The position numbers were made by a program, and so were the translations under genes. From contig NMRA01000268.1 of the NCBI GenBank assembly GCA_002633005.1, positions 1 to 64,000 of the forward strand: a stretch of 64,000 nucleotides of DNA. The letters run 5' to 3'. Position 1 is the stretch's first letter. Every line of letters starts with the position of its first letter. Under the pieces are notes generated by a model, which saw nothing but the letters and a program-made list of their open reading frames with translations, had not been told where the DNA came from and ran no database searches. Below are positions 53,262-64,000 of this stretch, in pieces. The DNA comes from Phoronis australis (Eukaryota > Animalia > Phoronida).

Positions 53262-53721
53262 CTGTTTCAAACGTCGTAACACCATTCAAGAGTCTATTAA
53301 ATGCAAGCCGTTACATGCTTGCAGCTCAATGTAATACATGTATATTACTACAATACATTATACACTGTAACACTCTTCAACAAGCCCACAATGAGACGGC
53401 CTTTTTTGAGCAACGATAACAAGTGTGAAACCGCAAGACCTAAGAGTTCTGGGATAGCGGTACTTTCCCCTGAGGCTGCCACTTTGTAAATTTGGCGCGA
53501 TGTACAGATTGCCGCTAGTCTCGAAGCTGAATATAAGCCAAAATCTTGGCAACAATAGTAAACATCGACTTGATCCTGGGACGCACTGTAACACGCATGT
53601 AGGACTCGTTGAAGAGTGTTACGTGTATACTGTATTGTAGTATTTATATTACAGTGAGCTGCAAGCATGTAACGGCTTGCATTTAATAGACTCTTAAATG
53701 TTGTTACGGCGTTTAGAACGG
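53262..53721. mobile_element. Foldback/MITE with ~130-bp inverted arms
   Basis: aagagtctattaaatgcaagccgttacatgcttgcagctca... is inverted to ...tgagctgcaagcatgtaacggcttgcatttaatagactctt; TSD not resolved. Confidence 0.85.
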
Positions 53722-55513
53722 TTGTGGTTAAATAAGTGTACCATTCTTTTGCTAAATTTCACCGAAAGACAAGGTCACGCCACGCAATTAATCAGAGGTT
53801 GAAAAGAAGTCAAATATCAAGTTTTACTGGCTTACTATATTCACTAAATGTGTAATTTTGCAAGTTTTATGAATATTGGGATAAATACACAGGCTTTAGT
53901 TGACAAGATCCCACATAACCTTAAATCCCAAAATGCTAGTAACGTTTTTTCATATAGTTGACTGTGAAATGGTCTTTCAAACTTCCTCTAATAGATTTAA
54001 CTAATAATAAACATTGGTTTTGGCCACAGTAACAATAGGAAATTGATGAAAACCCAAGCATAATATTTCATTGATGTCTTGATACGTTTTGCATATATCA
54101 TGCTTGTGTGCAGTGGCAGTGTATTCTAATTAAAACGTACGGAACACAAGACCTCGTCATCAATCATTTTTAAACAATCCCTGACAAAAGTACCATCTAG
54201 TAACCTTTACTCAAGAGTTATTGTGATGGAATTTCCTGAAAAAACGCAAAATCCACGATTTTTGAAGTACCCGCGAAGGAAAAACTCTGTAGTCACCACA
54301 GAATTTCTTACCACCCTCCCACTTAAGATAAATGTGCGCATGCGCACAGAATCATTCGACAAGATGGACATTAACGACAGATTATCAGGTGTGGTCGCAC
54401 TCCGAATCAGGAGGAGACAGCACAGTATGAGGCAAGCCAGTGAAGAAAGTGATTCTCCAAAAATAATTCCAAGTGCATTTTTAGAATACAACTGAATACT
54501 AGTCACCATTGTTTTGCTTACATCAAAGATCAAAGTTAATGTTTCCCTATGAAAGAACTTTGCTACAATACATCTGTGTCTTGCCATAACCAATAGGGAG
54601 ACATGCTTTCCCTTGTGAGTGAAAAATCGACGAAGTGATCAGCAGTTGACATATCTTTTTTAATTTGAAACTGAAAGAAAAATGCTTTGACATCAACAGA
54701 AACTCCAAATCTTTACGAACAAACCGTAAAAATACCTGGTGAGCAGGTTGAATTCTGTTTCAGTGGCAGAGAAACACTTTCAATAATCTGTTTTTCGGGT
54801 TCCAGCTCTCTTTAATGTCTTAAACGCGCATTTTAAACACTAGTTGCAACCCAGAAATCTTATAACGGTGCTTTGTATGCCTACTAAACTTCCCACACGG
54901 GTGAGATTGGCTCAATATGACGAATATCTTTATTCAATTGATACTGTAATATGTGTTTAATCATAGATTATAGACAACAGATTCGCAACTCCGGCATTTT
55001 CTTACGTACTAGCTGAACTCTCCTGACCTTTCTGGTACAGTTTCCGGTTAATGTACTTTGACGAGAAATACATGCATCTACTTTACTGTCCAAAACAACG
55101 AAAAAATATTAATTTCGGCCTTGAAACGCTTTTCAAAGTCTTTCAATAGTAGAAGTGTTGGTATTGTGAGTACTTTTGGCAATGCTACTGGTAATTAATT
55201 ACAAACTTCGGTGCCAACTGATTATGTCGTCTGCTTGCCCAATAGCAGCATACACTGTAGTTATCGGACAGTTTGTGATTTATGGTTCACATGGGCCTAC
55301 TGAGAAAACTACGAAAGCATGTTTGTGCACAAATTCCAACATAGGAGTACCTGTGAATGCAAAAGATACTTAGCCTATATAACGTTTTTGGTTTAGAAAA
55401 ATAATTTTGTTCGAATTAAAAAATGCGCCTCTGCAACCATTTGACTAGTTGAACCTTTGCATGTTTATAATTCAACATTCTCAAGAGAGCAGTTCTTCTG
55501 GGAAGAGTTGAGT

Positions 55514-55529
55514 GTCCCTTAAAAGGGCC
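55514..55529 (-). promoter_or_regulatory. Histone-type 3' stem-loop, distal copy (one stem mismatch)
   Basis: Minus strand ccaac GGCCCT TTTA AGGGAC actc; purine-rich CCAGAAGAA 12 nt downstream. Confidence 0.55.
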
Positions 55530-55569
55530 GTTGGTTGTAGTGTGCATGAGCCTTGGTATAGCGTGAAAT

Positions 55570-55585
55570 GGTTCTTAAAAGAACC
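55570..55585 (-). promoter_or_regulatory. Histone-type 3' stem-loop, proximal copy
   Basis: Minus strand tcaac GGTTCT TTTA AGAACC a: perfect 6-bp stem and 4-nt loop fitting GGYYYU-UUYN-ARRRCC, 10 nt after the stop codon at 55596. Confidence 0.7.
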
Positions 55586-55595
55586 GTTGAATAAT

Positions 55596-55906
55596 TCAAC
55601 ATAAATCACACAGTATACCGTGCTCACTCAAGTACTGAAGGTCCTCTTCATTCAAGTTTTCATCTGGGAAGGTTAGATGAAAACAGAGGAGATGACAATA
55701 TCGATGACAGTTGTAACACCTTAGATAGATATTACCGTTCACCAACGTTGTCACGAACCCTGCCTCGTTGAGTTCTTGTTCCTGTATCCACAAATAATCC
55801 TGAACTGTAGGGAAAAATGACAGACAACACATCGAATCAAATTTCGAAAATCATCGCCTTCGTACGATTCCGTGTTGCTGTCACCAGACATGTTCTTCTC
55901 CAACAT
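55596..55906 (-). pseudogene. Small stand-alone PHD-finger protein (~103 aa), one homopolymer frameshift
   Basis: MLEKNMSGDSNTESYEGDDFRNLIRCVVCHF, then +1 T at the T5 run (55813-55817), then FPTVQDYLW...LRCYNCHRYCHLLC...ILCDLC*: complete C4HC3 pattern. Confidence 0.7.
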
Positions 55907-56405
55907 CCATGTAGAAAATCGACGTTGCAAGTGATGGAAACTTGTCTACGTTCTCGTCCTTTGTTTCTAACCTTTAACTCATTTTTAATAAAGGGGCGTC
56001 CTGTTTTTGTCTCATGTTGATAGTGCATAACTTTTGGTTTTACAATGTATTAATCGTGTTAAATACATATATATGAACTGGCCTCATTGAGATGCACAAC
56101 AAATAAATTAATTATAACACATTAAAATTTTGAAAATATAAAGAGCAGTAACAGACTCCCTAAAAATCAGGCTTGTTTTCGAAAGGTTTGCGCCATTGGG
56201 GATCTGATTGGTTCAATCGCTTGCGGCGGGAAAATAATAGACCCAGTTATTGTGCGCGTGTGCACTGTAGCAATGCTTTGCATCTTATTTTTATTTGTAT
56301 AATCTGTTGATACAGAAAGTTTCCTTATATATGACCATCCTGATTTGACCGCGACTTGAGCTTCTTGAGTTCTACCATATTGGGGCTGTCAGAGGGACTC
56401 GCGTG

Positions 56406-56543
56406 CATGTGCGCAACCAGCCTTCAAAATGGGGGCTCGAATTCCTGACGTTATGGAGCTTTTGCTAACAAAAGAAAGGGCCTACTAAAAATACAAAAAA
56501 AACGGGAGCACCACTGTGAATTGCCCCCCCGGGTGCGCGCATG
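56406..56543. mobile_element. MITE of the CATGCGCGCAC family
   Basis: catgtgcgcaacc / gggtgcgcgcatg; TSD gcgtg / acgtg (4 of 5); interior matches the 32374 copy. Confidence 0.75.
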
Positions 56544-56823
56544 ACGTGGTGCTTACTCGCATGAGTTTCATTTTAGCGGCTATTACCAATTGTGTAGGTG
56601 AAATAAATTAACAAAGTGGATGATTATCATCACCGGTATTTCATCATTAGTATTTTTATCGGGTTCCCAAGTTTTCCGAGGCTAGGGGTTGTCACATTTT
56701 GTAAGGTAGACGTGTTTCAGTGAACTTCCATGTTTGTGGCTTTATTTATACCTGACCAAACTTTAAAAAAGAAGCCCGCGTTTAAACCAGGAGCTGCATT
56801 GGGTGCAATTTGTGTAGACGTTT

Positions 56824-56979
56824 CATGCGCGCACCCAACCTCTAATTTCGGGGGGCTCGAATGTCTCGCAAAGTGGACCTTTTGCTAACAAAAAGCGTGA
56901 GAACTAAAATAAAGAAAACGGGGCACTGTGGTGGACTTTCGTCTCTTTCTCTCGGACTTTTTCCCTGGGTGCGCGCATG
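56824..56979. mobile_element. MITE of the CATGCGCGCAC family
   Basis: Perfect 14-bp TIR catgcgcgcaccca / tgggtgcgcgcatg; TSD cgttt / agttt (4 of 5). Confidence 0.8.
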
Positions 56980-58794
56980 AGTTTGTCTGCGTTGCCAGTT
57001 TTTATAAAGGTGGGCCTGTCTGTAGCCAACTACGGTAAATTCATGAAAGGTCACGTGCGTGGTTGCGTTAGCAGAACCGATCCAATATTTCAGAAGGACC
57101 ATACTTAGTATCCGTTACGCACGGGTCTTTTTGTTACGTTAGGAGTAGGATTGGTTCATATTATGTAGAGGTGGTGAAGAATGGGGCTATTCGGAAAATC
57201 TACAATAACTAGAGGGCGTGCGTGTACTAGTGGTGATAGATTAACAGCCTCGATTTCGCGAGCCCTTTAAATACATGGTGAAATGGCTTGCGGCCGTGCC
57301 AACTGAATCTGAGATTGCTTAAAAAGAGTGCTTCTATGAGAGGAAGTAAGCACGTCCTCGTGCAAAGGTAAGGTTTGTGATTATTTTAACGATTATTCCA
57401 TGATTATTCTACCGATGCCTGTTAACTGAGGCACTCGCCGATGTCGACTTCGCGGCAGTCGGTCGCCAGCCAGAGTCTGGTTAATTTTTGTACGTTGTGA
57501 TATGTGATACGATACTTGACGTAGCAATCGGGATCTTTTCGTACATCAAAGCATTATTATTGTTTGGAATGATTTCTAAAAGTTCATCAGTGACAGTTAC
57601 ATCAATCAATGCTGAATGTTTATGCTGTCAACTCGATACAGGTTAATGAAGATTACAATCCAATCCCAATGGCAGAGGGTACGTGAGTGATAAATATCCA
57701 TTGCATTAGACTATTTGTTTACTCCCTATCATATGTCTTCTGGAAATCTATTACACGTTGAAATGGAAATCTATCACGTCAGTTTTCACGTAACCTTTGG
57801 TTTTTAGGTTTGAAGGCTTGTACCGTGCAGAGGAGATATGCATCGCTTCTACACCGTCCCTGAATGGACAAAAATTGGTTTTTAGCATTTGACTGCAGCT
57901 AACCAACAAGATCTTCCCATCCAGTGCAGATCTGTTGTAAAAGCCTACTTTCAATATTGGAGACAACAAACAAAGCCTTTGAAAAGGAACAGCTATTTTT
58001 AAAGTCATTTTGTTAAATTACTTATTCAGGTCCCGAGGGCGGATTGGCATGGGGGGTTGTAATATTTGGTACAACTGAATGTGTGGAAATAACAGGTGAT
58101 ACATGTTTGGGGAAAAGAGCATGGTGAGGTAATTCTTAACCTTCACGAAGTCCCTTCAAGTTGATTTCGTGAAACTGTTTTGCTACTTGTATCATTTGTA
58201 AAACCACGAAAATATATTACATTTTCCGAATTCACAGTGACTGAATCATAGTCTTAACTCATGCCTTGAAATGTTGCAAGTCGTTATAAATTCAAATGAC
58301 AGCCATTTTTGTAAAAATTGCATTTTTGATGGTGCCTTACGATTTGTAATTACTCTTAAACAACAGAAAGATTATCCATCATTTTTAAATGACCCAAGTC
58401 TTCATATCTTCTATTAGAAGAAAAACGGTTCCCTCAACCTTAGGCTAGAAGTATGCTTGACAGACCCATGAACCTGTAATCTGAGTTTAAAATTGCTGAA
58501 AGTATCAAAATTAAAAAGGCTTGAAAATGGGTAACAAAGGTTTGAAGTTGTCTCAAAAAACTTGTATATTTTACAGACAAGTGATGCGTTTAAAGAATTG
58601 TTATGGCTAGGGATAAAAAATAAAGACACAGTTTTATGCAATACTCATTATATACACCCTTGGTTTCTGAAAATAGTAATTATTTACTTTTATGTGAAAC
58701 TGTAGACCAATCACCATATATTTTTGAAAAACAGGGATAACATTTTTGATCCAATCTGGAGTACTTAATTATTCATATTTCAATATTTGTTCCA

Positions 58795-59310
58795 GGTTCA
58801 GTGACATTTTAAGACCACTTCGAGCTGTATCATAGACAAGCTTTGTTACTCCATTCTCTTCCCACAGCACTTCCACACACCAGCAGTGCTGCATGGCACA
58901 ATGTGCAAGTCAGTGGCCCTGGAGAAATGTGAATGGCAGTACTAATTTACCATAAGACAATGTGCCAGTGGAGTGTCTGTATCCAGACGAACTATATCTG
59001 ACTGCTACACAAGTAAGCTTTGTTGGTGAGGATGCCCTTTCATAGGCAATGAGTCTTGTGTGGACAATAGCTTATTTCCTTTCCTGGAAGAAACACGAGG
59101 GACTGAAGCTAAACAAGACCTTGTCTGACTCTGGTCTAGTTCAGAGTCTGATTTTGGGCTCAAAACGATTCAAGTGATATGCTGCTGTGTTTACCTTCAA
59201 GGGTCTAATTGTGGATGTTATTGAGGCTGAATGAGGTTACATGAAAGAAAGCCACGTGTTGAAACTGGACCTTTTTTACAAGCGCTTCTATAGGCCATTG
59301 AAACTAGAAC
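58795..59310 (+). pseudogene. YqaJ/lambda-exonuclease-like remnant
   Basis: PAVLHGTMCKSVALEKCE ... GLKLNKT....LVQSLI....AAVFTFKGLIVDVI....KLDLFYKRFYRP resembles the YqaJ C-terminal half; preceded by a splice acceptor ttccag. Confidence 0.55.
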
Positions 59311-59479
59311 CCAGTGAAATGAAAGCCAAAAGCTGAGTGACATTAAATTTTCCTTTCAGAAGAAAGGCTTTATACTATTGGTAAAAACTTTTCAATTTGG
59401 TACAGATTTTGGGGAAATGACATATAGTGACTACATCGATTGTCTTATTGTATGTTTTCAATTGTAGCTAGGTGGATAA

Positions 59480-60540
59480 GAATCTGCTATGCACAAGATT
59501 CGAGAATAAACAATTATCAGTGTATTTAAAAACAAATGGCAAACTGAAAAAGCACAGAAAGAAACAACATTGCGAGGGAGTCCATAATCAGGCATATCAT
59601 ATGAATTTCTGAATTACGTTCAATTCTCTCAGGTTATTGCTGAAGGATTACTTTTCACTTTGTCCAACGGTGAAACAGATGGTCAGGCGGTTGGTTTCAG
59701 TTGTTTTTTCTTGCCTGTAACAGAATAGAAATATTAGCAAATTGTAAAAGAAAAGACAAGACAAAACTACTTTTGTAAGGCAGAACATACTTGACATTTC
59801 ATCTTCATGTTTATGTGTAGAAACTAATAACCTTTGTACCCAAGTCTTATTTAATATCTGAATTAAAATATGTGAAACAGGTTAACAATGTGTATTTTTC
59901 ATGACACTTAAAATGTGCTTCTGATCTCAACAAGTAAAATTCATTCTAGGTGTCAATTTTTTCCAATGCAGTGTTACTGAATTAAGGTTATTCATGTTAA
60001 GTCAATAACTGAGCTGGTGGTCCTGGGGGTGGGGTCCACGTTAAAATAAGGAAACTCACTAATCTAGAGAATTTCATTGGAAACAGCATAGTTTTGAAGA
60101 GAAACTGTTGTGAAAAAGTCACTCTTGACTTCTGTGCATCACGTACAATACACCTCTTATTTTGGGAGCACTCCCACTCAGGACAATATGCCGGAATATG
60201 TGCTGCTAGCCTAACCGGCATTGGGTGAGTTTCCAAAAAGAAACACTTAGTTCCACTCAATAAAACTGTTATTCAGTGGGGTAACTGGTGGGGATAACAT
60301 CACCGAACGATGTTGATAGAAACTGATTGCTAAAATCTTACCAAGTAATGTTGTGTAGTCTCCGAATGGAACTGCATAGTCATAGAGCACACACGGGGCT
60401 TCAGCATCCCCACATTTTTTGTCAGTTAGTTGACCCTGTTGACCGCAATTGTCCACGAATATAGTAACCTTGGGTCTTTTGGGAATTTGTGGCCACCTGT
60501 CGAAGACTGGCACCAGGGAAATTAGCAGTAATAAGGCTTA
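59480..60540 (-). pseudogene. THAP-domain transposase remnant
   Basis: KPYYC*FPWCQSSTGGHKFPKDPRLLYSWTIAVNR...RVCS (THAP, about 60540-60370); FFL..LTQCRLG..AY resembles the HTH preceding a Harbinger-type DDE domain. Confidence 0.65.
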
Positions 60541-61491
60541 GCGCGACGACGTATTTTGATAAAAATTGCATCTTTTACCAGTTGTTTACATGCAGACAGC
60601 CACGCATGCGCAATTCAATCACCACTAGTACAGCAGCGACACCGCGAGGTGAATTCTCCGAATAGCCCCATTAGTACGTTTTTGTCATAAATGTTTATTT
60701 GAAAGGCGTAAGGTTGGAAATACTTTTGAAATAGTAGGAATTAAGGCAGATTAAAAAAAACTTTGTCTGCTTACAAAAATGATACATTGAAGCATAAAAA
60801 CAACCTTCATACCCCTTTGATATCCCTGTTCCATGTTTGCAAAGAAGTTGAAACTCGGGTTTGTTTTCGGTATTTTCATAGGCTGCAGCGTAATTGACTA
60901 AGGTGGTTCAAGTTTTGTGCGGCATACAGTCGACATTAATTAATGAGTATGTAACCTTCAGTTGAATTGTGAGATAGATTTTGACTGCTCCATGTGGTTA
61001 TTTCTAAAGTGTTCTATTTATTTGTACACGAATCAGTGTGAATTTGTTGAAATCGCTGTTCCAAATCATGACCAAATTTTCGCATTCTGCTGAGACCAAC
61101 CGTCTGATCAGGGCCAGCGAAGAGTAATTTGGTTAATTCGCTCACTAGACAATGGCTGAAGTTCCTAATAAGGACAAGAGTTCACGAGTCACTACCTTTG
61201 GAAGAAACTTAGCGGACAATTTTCGTCAAAAAGTTTACTAGATAGTTTTCATCAAAACGGAGAAAAGAAAAATGGATTTGTGAAGACAGGATTAAGTAGT
61301 AGGCCTACCAGAGCCTCTTAAAAAACATCCATTTTCGAAGTGCCTTGAACAAATGTACAAAGTCTTTTTGGTGAAAAAACTGTCATTCACGTTGACACAA
61401 GAAGTTAGCTTTTGTTTCCACAGCTGGTTATGGGGTCTTCAGATGGTATGGAAGCTAATCCCTTTGCATTTCGCGTGTGTGGCCGAACAAC

Positions 61492-62098
61492 GCAGAATGG
61501 TGAATGTTGGCCAATTCCCCTTTTGTCCACTGACGTCACAAGCATACTGGCGCCCCCAGTGGAGGCCCTGAGAACTCGTAAACAAGCATGCTGGCGACTG
61601 TGGTTAAAGTATTTTTTCATGATTTTTCCAGAGTCGCTATGTTTTAGAGTGTTTTTTAAATAATGTTGCATGTCATACCTCTCACAAAATTAATATTGTT
61701 CCAATAAATTAAGAAAATTGGAATATTCATTCTCGCGATCCTGCAACACCATCCAAATGTTCTTCTGTGACACACGGCAAAGCCAAAGTTTTATCCCCAC
61801 GCGAAATAGCCTCGTTTACGCTCGACTAAAAAGGAGTCTTTAAATCATAATTAATTGATACTATATACCATTCATTATTATATTCCATGCATTATGTTTT
61901 TAGAAAAAAAAACGATACTCAACGTCCCACAATAAATACTAGTCTGTTCGCCTGCTTGGCTCGGCCGTTGCTAGGCTGGATACTACCGGGTTCATGAACT
62001 CGGTTTATTTACGAGTTCTCAGGGACTCCACTGGGGGCGCCAGTATGCTTGTGACGTCAGTGGACAAAAGGGGAATTGGCCAACATTCACCATTTTGC
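61492..62098. mobile_element. 607-bp Mutator-like MITE, ~91-bp TIRs, 9-bp TSD
   Basis: TIRs 61492-61582 and 62008-62098 differ at about 2 positions; perfect TSD ccgaacaac at 61483-61491 and 62099-62107. Confidence 0.92.
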
Positions 62099-64000
62099 CC
62101 GAACAACCGGCCACACAGTAGCCGACCATGACTAGCAGACGACGTACTTGCCGGAAATGGCACAAGAAAATTTAGCCAGGTGTCGCCAGTGAATAATGAC
62201 GTAAGGGCTTATGCGTAAGATCACAGATTTCGTCCACTGAAAGTATACGAAGTTGGCGGTTCATGTACTATAGTCTATGGTTTAATGGAACTTTTACGTT
62301 GTTGAAGACTCAGTTGACAGACTTATTTTCATTAATTACTATGGCTATTTTTATTTTCAAAGTAGTGTTATACCACCCTAAGGCTTTGGTTTTCGTTATT
62401 AAATTACGGAAATAAATTCTGTCATCGTTTATGTATACTGTTTGTGTAAATGAGTTGCCATGACGGCAAACATTCGTGGATTTTCAAAAGTTCCCCATTG
62501 GTTTTTCCATTTTTAGTCTTTGATAGAACGAATTTTACTTAAGGCAGTATAAATTTATTGGTATGTGGTGTGTGCACAATATTGCACTGTTGTAATTTTG
62601 AAGTACCTGGTAACCATGACGGAGCTAAACAACTATGTCAACTCCCACAGATTACTAGGGAAGGTCATTAAAAGGCTTGACCATGGTTGCCTAGTGCCTC
62701 GAACATGACAACCAACAAGCTGAAAGTTGGTGTTCTTGACTAAGGACACACCTGGTTATGTGAAAACGATAGCCAATTCACCCCTAAGTTTAAAAAGAGT
62801 TCATCCATTTAATTTTCGCAAGGTAGCCTGTTGCTAGCAAGAATATTTGCCCTCGAAACGGAAATTTTTGATTTTGACTTGCAAAATACCTGGTTACCAT
62901 GTCAAGGGAGAATCGCAAAAAGTGCCTTGAGCGCGGTTGCCTGTTGTGTGCATCACATTGCCATCAAACCTAGAATTATTGGTTTTGGCCGGCCTAATCA
63001 CAGTTGCTCAGAAAGGCAAAACTTGCAAATTTAGCTCAACAATCAATACCAGATGTGTCTGGCCCTCAGCAGTGCGAGTGTCATTGTTGCTCTACAGGGT
63101 TTCTACATATCCAGTGTTTGTATTGCTTGTAACTGATCTAGTTCTTAAACATACCTGTATTGTTTTGTTTTGCTCATTACAAAGCGCTCACAATGAGCAT
63201 GCTTCTTGATGTTACGAAATAGATGTACAAACTAGATTTACAGTAGTGAAAAGTTGTGTACTATAACAGTAATCGAAATTTGGGCGTCTAAAATGGATTC
63301 CTTAAAGTAGGTCACAAATATTTTCCATTGGCAAGAATTGGGCTAAATTTGAACTTTCTGATTGGTTACTACGAAACGATAAAATTGTTAGCATATAGAT
63401 TGAGTCAAGGATGAACGCGGCGCCACCAGCGGGTCAGCGCTGGTAGGGTAATATTCAAAGAGTGATAATACCTATTTTCTCATGTGATTCTACTTGAGAC
63501 TTATAAAACCTGTGCGAAGGGACATTAGTATTGTACCTCGTTTATTGTTATGCTTATCTACAGTAGTTGCTATTGTTCATTTATCCATATGGTTTTTGTG
63601 TTTGTTGCGTCTCAGTGCGCTGTATAGCCTTTGTTACATGGGCCATGCGGGCGAGACTGTAATGTTCGAAACTTCGCTAGCAACATGCTTCGAAGAAGGG
63701 TGTGCTTTCTTCTTTGGCTTATATGGAACTGAACTGAAATGTATGCGTTAAGGTGAAATACACATTTTGATGTTCACTGAAGACTTGGTTTGTTACACGT
63801 GTCTGCATTTTAATATAAATTTGTAAATACAGTGTAAAACACCTTTGGCACGAAGCTGTCTTACTTTCATGAAATCATGCAGCTAGTAGATTTCAACGTC
63901 AAAGTTCTTATTCTGCGCTGGTCGTGCAATCTCCGGAGGGTTTGAATTTACCGGAGAAATTTTCACATTTCTAGGATTTTGCCGGTTTTGGAAAATAAAC

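Larger units (their letters stand above)
57183..60669. mobile_element. ISL2EU-type DNA transposon (~3.5 kb), both ends present, genes decayed
   Basis: TIR ggggctattcgga / tccgaatagcccc flanked by AT on both sides; subterminal IR tgtactagtggtgat / atcaccactagtaca; convergent YqaJ (+) and THAP-transposase (-) remnants. Confidence 0.8.

Noticed and set aside
63600-63800. Hammerhead ribozyme-like words (ctgaaga, gaaac)
   Set aside because: Core motifs are not in the required order and have no flanking stems.

Overview
AT-rich, repeat-dense, gene-poor eukaryotic DNA, most consistent with an invertebrate animal; nothing is prokaryotic and there is no CRISPR array. Only two host genes are well supported. 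Both are paralogous rhodopsin-class (class A) GPCRs with uninterrupted coding sequence on the + strand, one partial at 3-593 and one complete at 50822-51886. The rest is mostly transposon remains: a CR1/L2-type LINE split by an Academ (XPG-type) DNA transposon, an internally deleted Ngaro/DIRS tyrosine-recombinase retroelement with near-identical split direct repeats, Penelope-like, Hero/NeSL-like and hAT remnants, a Gypsy-type LTR with PBS, a 3.5-kb ISL2EU-type element (THAP transposase plus YqaJ), many MITEs with readable TIRs and TSDs, tRNA-derived SINE-like heads, a minisatellite with higher-order structure and a 5.6-kb complex repeat array. The most unusual item is a small non-histone PHD-finger gene at 55596-55906 (- strand, one homopolymer frameshift) followed immediately by two replication-dependent-histone-type 3' stem-loops. 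All family assignments come from motif recognition by eye, not database searches, and boundaries of degraded elements are approximate.
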